This document shows positions 27,355-37,390 of a stretch of DNA of 64,000 nucleotides, in pieces; the stretch's first letter is position 1; each line of letters starts with the position of its first letter. The stretch lies in assembly GCA_965153285.1 (NCBI GenBank), contig OZ229114.1, one strand, 5' to 3'. Source of the DNA: Podarcis tiliguerta. Lineage: Eukaryota. Under the pieces are notes generated by a model. It did no database searches and was not told where the DNA came from. It was given only the letters and a program-made list of their open reading frames with translations. A program made the translations under genes and the position numbers.

Positions 27355-27356
<2 letters not shown>

Positions 27357-27402
<46 letters not shown>
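27357..27402. repeat. (TA)n microsatellite
   Basis: About 23 perfect TA units immediately right of the inverted repeat. Confidence 0.95.
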
Positions 27403-27406
<4 letters not shown>

Positions 27407-27998
27407 GACATTTCCCTATACGGATTACAACTGAGCATCACTATCTCAATACCATAATAAACAGGTATTTGTGTCTGAACTCCTCATCTTCAGAACTGTT
27501 TGAATAAAAGCGAAACAGTACTGAAATTTGAAGACCTAAATACTTCATATACTATTGAAAAGGAATCATCATGCAAGACCTAACTGAATTCAACAAGTTT
27601 GCTTCATGTATTTCTAGGCACCTAATCCAAGAGCAAACCTCATGATAGCTCTATATTAAAAACCTAGAATGCATTCTAAATCCTTGCTTATTTCCCCTCA
27701 TCCAAGAGAAGTAATAGTATTATTCCCCAGTTCCCACAACCCTCAAACTCTGCTTTACAGTGCAATTTCTTCTTGTAAGTCTCCACTGTGTTCAGTGTGG
27801 CTTATTTTCATCATTCATCTTGTAGATACTATTTGGGAGATGCTACTGAAAATAAAATGTACTCTGGTACCCATAAGAGAAACAATACAGTACTATTAGT
27901 AATCAATACTAGGGGCTTAGGTATAACAGGGATGCCTCTCAATTAATGGACACATTGTTTGCTCCTGCTACTGGCATGCTGTATTCTGTTTTCTGTAG

Positions 27999-28001
<3 letters not shown>

Positions 28002-28030
<29 letters not shown>
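28002..28030. repeat. (TG)n microsatellite
   Basis: About 14 TG units. Confidence 0.95.
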
Positions 28031-28033
<3 letters not shown>

Positions 28034-28898
28034 ATGGGACTAAATGGCTGACATAATGGTTGACATTGGGCTAGGTAATTTGAACATCCATTAATGCCAG
28101 ATGATCTGCTTTATAAATCTCTCTTCCTGCTTTACATTTGATAATTAAAAAAAAAAATTAAAACAATCCTGTTGCAGCTGGTTAAAAATTCACATATGTT
28201 GGTGAAATCAATGGAGCAAAAAAATATAGTATGAATAATGGGGTTAAATGACTTTTGAAGGACAAGAACAGCTATTCTGTTTCGCAGCAGCTTCACAGAA
28301 ATCTCAGATTCCAGTTAATATGACTTTATAACCTTTTTTTTTTATAAAACCTAATGAGTGGACACTCAACATTAACTCAACTCTTTAGACAGGGATAACA
28401 TTATGAAGAGGACATTTTGCCATCATATGACTGCTAATAAAATTCCTTACAGGGACATTAATCTTTTCACCTCTGTTAAATCTTTCATTACTCAGAAATA
28501 ATAAGTACTGGGAGTAAAGGGGAGGGGGACATGCAGGGGGAAATATAGAAGTCGTTTAGAAAAGGATCTAAAATGTGTCTAAGGAAACATCAAAGCTATT
28601 ATTTAAATTTTAATGTATCATCTTAGATATTAAATACCACAATAAACATTATGATATTAGTTGTATGGAGTATTTCCTATCTTTTAAGAACCTTGTATTC
28701 AGAGAAAGATTCAGATCCAGCAGAGGGTTTTGCTGGGGAAATGCAGAGGTGTTTCAGTGCAGCCCCCAATGCCATATCCCCTACTGTTCCAGAGGATTTT
28801 CTATTCCTAAACAATAGCTTTTGAAGAGACACCAGGGGAAGAAAGGGTTGGCAAAAATTGCCTCTCTCCAAGTGGAGTTACCATGAGCAAAGTTGCAC

Positions 28899-28982
28899 TC
28901 TTGCCGATCGGAAGGTCAGCGGTTCGAATCTGCACAATGGGGTGAGCTCCTGTTGCTCTGTCCCAGCTTCTGCCAACCTAGA
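28899..28982 (+). mobile_element. Sauria SINE fragment
   Basis: CTTGCCGATCGGAAGGTCAGCGGTTCGAATC...GGGGTGAGCTCC...TGCCAACCTAG. Confidence 0.85.
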
Positions 28983-29007
28983 ACACACCAGAACACCATG
29001 ATGGAAG

Positions 29008-29210
29008 CCAGAGTGCACAGAAACACCGTTTACATTCTGCAGTGGTACCTAGTTATCTACTTGCACTGGTGTTCTTTTGAACTTCTAGATTGGCAGAAAG
29101 ATGGGACAAAGCAACGGGAGCTCACTGCATTGTGCAGATTCGAAACATCGACCTTCTAATCAGCAAGCCCAAGAGGCTCAGTGGTTTAGACCACAGCGTC
29201 ACCCGCTCCC
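29008..29210 (-). mobile_element. Sauria SINE 5' half (minus strand)
   Basis: The reverse complement starts GGGAGCGGGTGACGCTGTGGTCTAAACCACTGAGCC and matches the 23157 copy up to ...GTGCACTCT. No tail. Confidence 0.88.
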
Positions 29211-29933
29211 TATATGTATAGAACACACACAACACAAGCTTGAACTTAATGTTGATAAATTAAATTACCGAAAGGGTAATTTGTTGCTCTCATGGGTCAC
29301 ATAATCTGCCTGCCTGGGCAAGCCATAATATGGACTACCATAACCACATGAAAATGATGGCTTCCAGTGGAGAGTTGGCACCTACTTTGGTCCTCAGCTT
29401 TTTAGAGCAGGACAGCAGCTAACCTAAGGTTTGGATTAGCATATCTTATGAACCTGGTCTCTCTTCCTCAAGCATGACCTTTAACCATAGGACAATCTTT
29501 GGCTACAAATTTTATTTGAAGAGGAGAAATCTTAACCATGATCCTAAGTTCACATGACATGCTAAACCTTGGCTTGGCTGCTTCACTCCATTGACCTAAA
29601 AACTCTGGGGCGGAGCAAAGTAGCTGTTTATCCATGATATTGCTTTAGCATCAGAGAAACAATGGCTTCATCCTTGGGCTGTATTGGATAAACTGAAAGA
29701 ATCCAGTGGATACCTGTTTGAAACAATAATGCAGCATAAATCATAACAGATTACATTAATTTACTAGAGTCTGATACAGAATCTAATTTAAAATCAGAAT
29801 TATACTGCACTTCCCTTCTACTACATCAATTACGTCCATAAGAAATGCCTAGCTCTTACAAATTACAGCTGCTGATGCATTGGTTAAAAACCTTCCTGGC
29901 TGCTTCAAGTTTACTTAAGGTTGCAAGATGCAA

Positions 29934-30285
29934 GTTGGGTATGTTTAGCCTAGTAAAGAGAAGATTGCAAGGAGATATGATAGCCATTTTCAGATAACTA
30001 AAGGGCTGTCATATGGAGGATGGAGCAAGCCTGTTTTCTACTGCTCCGGAAGCTAGTACCAGAACCAATGAATTCAAGCTACAAAAAAGGAGATTTCAAC
30101 TAAATAATTGTGACAGCTGAACAGACTCCCATGAGATGTGGTGGACTCTCTTTCCTCTGAGGTTTTTGAGCAGAGGTTGGATGCAAGCCACCTGTGATAT
30201 ATGATCTAGTTGATACTCCAGCATTGCAGGGGGTTGGACTAGATTACTCTTGGTGTCCCTTCCGACTTACAGTTCTATGATTCTA
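29934..30285 (+). mobile_element. CR1 3' fragment
   Basis: GMFSLVKRRLQGDMIAIF-type coding relic, CR1 3' UTR (GCAGGGGGTTGGACTAG) and TTCTATGATTCTA tail. Confidence 0.9.
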
Positions 30286-31510
30286 AGTGCCATTTAGAAT
30301 TCCCCAAAAATTCACAAGTCTGTAAAGCAGCACAATGAACTGCTATTTAGAGGAAGGGGTGTATGAATTGAAATAGCAGAAGCTTCACTGCACATGCAAA
30401 ATTCACCATTCACTTTTCATGCCAACAATGGGGTCACAGTTGTAGAAAGTAGAAGGTGCCAGATGAGCAGAACAGGGATGAAACTTTGCCCCAAGTAATT
30501 AGTTGCATGGCATTTGAGCAAAATCTTTGAAAGCCAAGAATCAATTAAAACTGTCCCCCCCCCCCAAAAAAAACCCCTCAATATATTTCTGCCTGCATTT
30601 GATGTAAGCATTCCTGCTATGATTAACATGATTTCTCAGCACCTGCCTTAAAAAAAAAGTCACCCATATGCAAAGCTTTGTTGATTAAGCAATCAGTTAA
30701 TATTGAATGTCACTAAAGTCTCATTATCTCACCAAGTTGTCAAGACTGGATCAATTCCCATCCATCATCCTGAAAGACTACACTAAGCTTCACATCCAGA
30801 TTCATGCAACTGATACTGTAATTAAGCAGCAGCCTTAATGATCCAGTCAGACAAGCCAATACTGCAAGCAAGTCTAAACCCAATTCCTCAGGTCTAGCTT
30901 TATGAAAAGTTGAGCAACTGTAAATAAATATGGTATATCAGACATGATAAAAACATTCAGTGCCACAGAGATATACTCTGCTTCTATATACAGTTGTATG
31001 AAAATCATTACCATAATGAAAAACATGTCATCATCATCATTAATTGAATGAATAAATAATTATCTTTCTGTCCTGCCCTTCATTCAAAAGGCACCAAGGG
31101 TGACAAACATCAAAATATTACAATACAATTTAAAATAAAATAAAAATATGTTTTAAACAACTGAAAACCATCTAGAGACACCTAAATCAATCATAAAGCT
31201 CACAATTACTAATTTCAAGATTCCCATTACCAGTATCTTTCAGCCATTAAATGCCTGGGTGAATAGGGATGGCTTACTTTGTAAGTCGGTAATGGGGCAA
31301 ACAGACACACCACATCAGAGCAAGCATTCGATGGTAGCCCACTGCTGAGAAGCCCATCAGACTTTACTTTTTCTTTAGCATTAGCCGGTATCTCTCCCTT
31401 GCCTCTCAACCCCATTCCCTTGCCTCTGATCTCTTTTTGCTATAGTCTTTGGAATTGCCAGGACTTGTCATAGGAAGGCACAAGCCAATGTCCATTGGAA
31501 TTTTTGAACA

Positions 31511-31751
31511 CAGTGGTACCTTGGTTTGCAACCGTTTTGGATTACAACCGTTTTGGATTACAACTACGTCAAACCCAGAAGTGTGTGTCCCTTTTTTTGG
31601 ATTACAACCTTTTCTTTTCTTTTTTGGATTACAACCCTTTCTTTCTTTTCTTTGAGGCCCCATTGGTGAAAGCGTGCCTTGGGTTACAACCTGTTTTGGT
31701 TTACAACCAGACCTCCGGAACGGATTATGGTTGTAAACCAAGGTATCACTA
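31511..31751. mobile_element. Tigger/mariner-type MITE with internal GGATTACAACC repeats
   Basis: TIR CAGTGGTACCTTGGTTT / AAACCAAGGTATCACTA. At least 4 internal TTTTGGATTACAAC repeats. Confidence 0.85.
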
Positions 31752-32087
31752 TACTATGAGGAGGGTTCCAAAATAGCCCAAAGAAAGTGGTCTGAGTCTG
31801 GGGTCAGTTTGTTAGCCACTCCTTCGGGACCACTGATTTGGATAGGGAGAAGAAAAGATGGAAGGAAATGGGATCCTGCCAAGCATCTAAATCTAGCCGT
31901 GACTGGGTACTAGCACATTGCAGTGAGAAGTGCTTTATGCTTCTCTGCGTTCACCCTACAATCAGGACAGGTAACCATTTCTCCCTACCTTTTTGTATTT
32001 CATTAGTTTTACTTACCTCTACCTCTTGGAAGCCCTGAGCACAAAACTATTTCTAGGTGAACCTTTCCCACTCCTGGTTTATTTAGG

Positions 32088-32230
32088 CTGCATACAGACC
32101 ATAAATTTCAGGAATGTAACACCCTCCCGCAAAGAATCCTAGGAACTGCAGTTTACCCATCACAGAGTTACAATTTCTAGCACTCTTAAACTATAGTTCC
32201 CAGGATTCTTTGGTAGAGTGCTTTAAATCT
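32088..32230. mobile_element. Short palindromic MITE-like element
   Basis: AAAGAATCCTAGGAACTGCAGTTT / AAACTATAGTTCCCAGGATTCTTT inverted pair. Related to the element at 53738-54179. Confidence 0.55.
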
Positions 32231-33945
32231 TGGTCCAAACTGCACACAATAGTGTGCATGCAGTCTTAATCTCCTTTTGGTTCTGATGGACTTAACACCT
32301 GTCCCGGAACTCTCTGTATCTCCATGGTTTCTCCATAGGCAACGTGGGATAGGTAGTCACTTACAATTTCCTCTGATTTCTGTAGCAGCATTTCAAGTTG
32401 CATTGTTCTTTTATTCCTTGTCAGCCATTTTGTGCAAACATTATAATTATAATGAACTGTGATTACTGCTAATTCCCCAAGCACAAAGATAATATTTGCA
32501 GTTAATGGGCACTGCTAAATTTCCTAAAGATAAACCATGTAATAGTTGCATGTGCTGTGTGCAGTCATCTGTAAACTGCTCCATGAACAAACGTGTAAGT
32601 TAGAAGTTCATATGTAGGTGTGAAGAAACACAAGGGCAGTAGCAGATCATTGAATGCTCTCAAAACATTGCTGAGGTAAATACAGTCTCTCCCTTCTTCC
32701 ATTAGTCCTCTTTGAGGTTTTTTTGTTTCAGATCACATAAATATTTTGCCTTTCCTAAGCCCTCTTTGTTAATCATTTCCTTCTAGCCCTCCTGAATAAG
32801 AGTTCTTCCTGCAACAGCCACTTTTCCACAGGTATTTATAAATACTAAAACTTTAGTGCTAAACAAACGGAAAAACAGCTACTATCAATACCTTGGCAGA
32901 GTATTAATAGCAGACCCATTTCTTCATCCATATCAGAATTTCAGAAAGCCATGGGTCAAGTACAGACTAATCCACTCCAGGACTTTCTGTGGGCAAGCAG
33001 GACAGGGGAATTCTGCAAGGAAGAACATTGGTCTGCACGTAACTGTATGCAAAGCAGGAACTCTAAAGTAAAATTATACCAAGAGCAGTGCAAATCCAGA
33101 TTCTTATTTCTAAGAGCCACAGGATTCTGAACACAAATTTGTGTCCCCAATTAAAATTTTAAAAAATGTTTTGGTGTGAATAGATTGCTGCTGAAACAGA
33201 GCTTAGTGGGGAGTGAGTGAGGTTGTGGATGTGGTGGCAATATTTGTGGAGGCTTTTAAGTACAAGTGCATCTGTTGAACAGTTGGTAAGCTTGATAAGA
33301 GCAGAAGTGTGATTTTAACATTTATCCATTGTTAGGTAATTGGTTAAAAAAAAATACCATGATACTTCTGAAAAACATTATTTGCATGGCTTGCTGCACT
33401 GCTAAGCAGCCAAACTGGAGAATGACTTTTTAGTGAAGAAGTAGGTGAAAACACTGTTGCCAGACAAAGTGAGGAAGAGGTCTGTGAAAACACCAACAAC
33501 AGTCACATGAACAGTTTCATTTGATATATTTTGTCATGTCTTTGTAGCCCAGCAGGAAACAAGGGCAGGGTGACACAGAGAACAAGGATTAAACAAGACT
33601 ACCAAACTTGAACATAGTGACAAAGCACATGCAGCACAAACTGCAATTCACAAACAAAACCATGGTTTCAGATTCTGGTTCGTTGACATCAAACAAACTT
33701 TGGCTAGTGAGCCTAGCCAGGTTCAGACATACAAATATAACCTAGAGTTAAACCAAGCAAACTACGGTTTAGCTTTACATCTATGTGCAAGAACACCAGC
33801 ACTCTCCACACTGGGCCAACTAATTACACCACACTGGTGAAAAGTAGGTGAAATTTACAAATAGCCTGGGGGGGGTTCTACTTCACAGAATTGGGCAGGA
33901 TTCTGCTTTCTATAAATGAGATCACAAGAGAGAATAGTGAAAGAG

Positions 33946-33980
33946 AAGGAAGGAAGGAAGGAAGGAAGGAAGGAAGGAAG
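33946..33980. repeat. (GGAA)n microsatellite
   Basis: About 8 GAAG units. Confidence 0.9.
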
Positions 33981-33997
33981 TCTACCAGGTGTATAAC

Positions 33998-34130
33998 CAG
34001 TGCTTTTTTTCAGGAGGTACTCAATGATACGCAGTACCAGCACCTCTTTTTGTTGTTAAAAAGTGTGACACATAGTGTAACAACTTCATGGTGAGTACCA
34101 ACACCTATTTTTCTAGGGAAAAAAGGATTG
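33998..34130. mobile_element. Degenerate hAT-like MITE
   Basis: CAGTGCTTTTTTTC left end, repeated GTACC.GCACCT motifs, degenerate right end GAAAAAAGGATTG. Confidence 0.5.
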
Positions 34131-35289
34131 CGTATCTTATGTTAAATCTTAAAAACAAAGACAACTTAATTAACTGTAGGGAGGACACCAGTTTTAAGAA
34201 ATCAGTATCTTAACTCATTTTCAATTATTTTTCATATTTTTTGCTTCCCCAAAGCACTTTAGCAACTAAATTGTACCCAATGAATCTTTCATATGAGCTA
34301 TAGAACTTAAACATTATGCAGACCATACATAAGAGTTAAAGGAATAAGATTAGCTGCTGAGCATGACCTGCTGTGTATGTTTTTGCTTTGCAGCAGGGAG
34401 CACGAAGTCCATCTCAGCAGAAATAATCTGCTTGTCCAGAAATATTGCTAGGAAAATATACTCTGTTTTAATGAAGTGAAAGAATTGCTGGGCACAAACA
34501 TGGAAAGAGAACGAGAGCAAACAAAACCTAAGCTGAGGAAAGTCAACATGGCTTCTGAAAAAGGAAGGCATTGCCAAATACTCAGAATTCTTTTTGAGTA
34601 CATGAACAAATGTGCAGACAAAAAAAATGTTCTACAATGTTAGGTATGCAATTTTTTTGGTACAGAAAGTATTGATCTAATTTGTAGAGGGTTTTTTCTA
34701 TTCTAATCAATTCAAGAAGGAAGTTTCCAGCTGACAAGCAAGATTCTATTCTGCCTAGAAACAAGCAGAAGGTTCCTGAAGTTTTGGTTATTCCTTCAGA
34801 GAAGCTGAACAGCCGGTTCAAACTGGTTCTGTTATCTCTTCCTGTCAAGGTCATGCTGACTATAAGAACAAGCCAGAAGGAGCCCGAGTTTCACTTTCTA
34901 TCTGTCTTTTCTTCTGGTGTGGTGGTTTGTATATAGAATGCTTATGTTAAAGTTTTATTGTACGTAAATAAAATAGAGCTACTTTCATCTTAAAGTATAC
35001 ATCCAGAAAAGCTATTTTGGGTGGTATAAGGCTTGTTAATATCTAGCCTGGTTAAAAGGATGCTGTGCCCTTAGAAGGCTGCTGTGACAATTCTGAAAGA
35101 CACTTTAAGCTGCTCATCTCAATAGAAACTCGGGTGCCATTTCTGTGGCAGGTCTGAATGAGTTGTACATTATCTGGTCTAGTATTATGAGATCAGTTTC
35201 AGCTTCTAAGGCCTAGTGATGCAGGCAGGGTGCTTGTGGCCATTCAGTAAACTACATTCTCCATTGAACCTTATCCATCGTGTCTGATT

Positions 35290-37358
35290 GAGGCCCGTGA
35301 CGGAGCCTCAAGAACATCTTATAGGGTTTTTATGAAAACCTATGAGATGGCAGTGAAGGCCGCTAAGAAGTCCTACTTCTCAGCCTCCATTGCATCCGCT
35401 AGCTCTCGCCCGGCGCAATTATTTAGTATAATTAGGTCTTTAACGTCCCTTGAAGGACAGCCAAATTTAAATAACAATTCGACACACAGCTGTGAGGCAT
35501 TTGCGAGCTTTTTTTTGCGGAGAAGGTCCTGTTGCTCCGCCATGACCTCCCTGCCAATTTGGACACAATAAGGGAACTGGAGGCCCCTCGACTGTCCTCG
35601 GGTCCAGTATTGGACCACTTTGACCAGATATCCCCAGCCGATGTGGACAGACTCCTCCGAGCTGGAAAGCCCACCACCTGTCCTCTTGACCCGTGCCCGT
35701 CTTGGCTGATTAGAGTGTGTCCAGACGAGGTGCGGGCCCCCCTGGGTGATATCATCAATTTGTCCCTTGGCACTGGGATATTCCCAGGGGAACTGAAGGA
35801 GGCAGTGGTGCGCCCGCTCTTAAAGAAAACATCATTAGATCCTTTAGATCTATCCAATTACCGCCCAGTTTCTTCCATTCCTGGGTAAGGTGATTGAGAG
35901 AGCAGTTGCTGAACAGCTTGGTAGGTTTCTGGATGAAACATCGGCTCTCGTTCCATTCCAGTCCGGCTTCCGCGCTGGTCATGGGACCGAGACGGCTCTG
36001 GTCGCCCTAACAGATTATCTCCGCAGGCAGCTGGATAGAGGCGGGTCGGGGCTGCTGATTCTTCTAGACCTGTCAGCAGCCTTCGACATGGTTGATCACG
36101 AACTCCTGGACCACCGCCTTGCCGACGTGGGGATCCAGGGCACAGTCCTTCAATGGCTGCGCTCGTTTCTCTCTGGTCAGGGACAGAGGGTGGCGCTTGG
36201 GGGGTTAGGGTTATTGTCATTGCGCCACTCCCTGGTGTGTGGAGTGCCTCAGGGTGCAATTCTCTCTCCGATGCTTTTTAACATCTTTATGCGCCCCCTC
36301 GCCCAGCTTGTCCGGAGTTTTGGGCTGGGTTGCCATCAGTATGCTGATGACACCCAACTCTATCTGTTGATGGATGGCCATCCTGACTCGGCCCCAGATA
36401 CACTGACCAGATGCCTGGAAGCTGTGGCTGGATGGTTTCGTGGGAGCCGGTTGAAGTTAAATCCTTCGAAGACAGAGGTCCTCTGGCTGGGACAGGGCGA
36501 TATGGGATTGAGGGGGCAACTCCCATCTCTTGCGGGGGTGCAACTAGTGCCAGCATCGTCCGTTAAGAGTTTGGGTGTAATCTTCGATACCTCCCTCTCT
36601 ATGGAGGCGCAGATTACAGCTATAACAAAGGCGGCATTTTTTCATCTCCGCCAAGCTAAGCAGCTGGCTCCTTATCTCTCTCGCCCTGACCTAGCCACTG
36701 TGATCCACGTGACGGTCACCTCCAGACTGGATTATTGTAACTCGCTCTACGTGGGGCTGCCCTTGAGACTGACCCAGAAACTCCAGCGGATGCAGAATAC
36801 CGCAGCGAGACTCCTTATGGGGTCGTCGCTGCGAGATCACATTCATCCAGTGCTATACCAGCTGCACTGGCTCCCGGTGGAGTACAGGATCAGGTTTAAG
36901 GTGCTGGTTTTAACCTTTAAAGCCCTATACGGCCTAGGACCCTCGTACCTGCGGGACCGCCTCTCCTGGTATGCCCCACAGAGAAACCTACGGTCTGCAA
37001 ATAAAAACATCCTGAAGGTCCCAGGCCTCAGAGAGGTTAGGCTGGCCTCAACTAGAGCCAGAGCTTTCTCGGCTGTGGCACCAATCTGGTGGAACGCTCT
37101 GTCACAAGAGACTAGGGCCCTGCGGGACTTGACATCTTTCCGCAGGGCCTGTAAGACAGAGCTGTTCCACCAGGCCTTTGGTCAGGGCACAGCCTGACCC
37201 CCTCCTCTGGCAATCTGCACAGGGTCCTGCTTGCTGGTTGCCATCAATTTGTTTTTGATTGATTTTATGGTGAAAAGTTTTTAGACTGTTGGATTGTTTT
37301 TATCGTTGTTAGCCGCCCTGAGCCCAGCTTTGGCTGGGGAGGGCGGGGTATAAATAAA

Positions 37359-37389
<31 letters not shown>

Positions 37390-37390
37390 T
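35290..37390 (+). mobile_element. L2 LINE, 5'-truncated 2.1-kb copy
   Basis: Three successive ORF pieces (35332, 35532, 35890) encode L2 ORF2 (TTCPLDPCP, NYRPVS, FQSGFR.GHGTETAL, LDLSAAFD, GVPQGAILSP, YADDTQLY, SRLDYCN, LHWLPV). 3' UTR with TGTTAGCCGCCCTGAG and (TTA)n tail at 37360-37390. Confidence 0.96.
35332..37197 (+). pseudogene. L2 ORF2 reverse transcriptase, frameshifted
   Basis: Frameshifts near the T-run at ~35510-35517 and at ~35880. The downstream 435-codon segment (35890-37197) is open and contains YADD. Confidence 0.9.

Larger units (their letters stand above)
27055..27357. mobile_element. Penelope-like element terminal (pLTR) sequence in inverted/fold-back configuration
   Basis: Perfect inverted repeat: arms 27084-27209 and 27232-27357 (126 bp each) with a 22-bp spacer. 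Contains the PLE hallmark CCTGAAGATG...CGAAACGTCG. The minus-strand copy extends ~29 nt further (…CCCGTGAAAATCTACGAAAGCAA). Inserted in microsatellite. Confidence 0.8.

Noticed and set aside
27084-27357. Interpretation as pre-miRNA, MITE or terminator
   Set aside because: The stem is perfect and much longer than a pre-miRNA. The ends are asymmetric (29 extra nt on one side) and it carries a Penelope hammerhead signature, which fits a PLE inversion better. A TA-targeting MITE is not fully excluded.
31511-31751. Repeated GGATTACAACC units as a CRISPR-like array
   Set aside because: Vertebrate DNA; the units are irregular internal repeats bounded by mariner-type TIRs, and there are no cas genes.
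34580-35090. Possible solo LTR (AATAAA near 34967, ends TGTGACA)
   Set aside because: Could not identify a 5' TG boundary with a matching TSD.
35373-36556. Minus-strand ORFs over the L2
   Set aside because: Antisense shadows of L2 ORF2.
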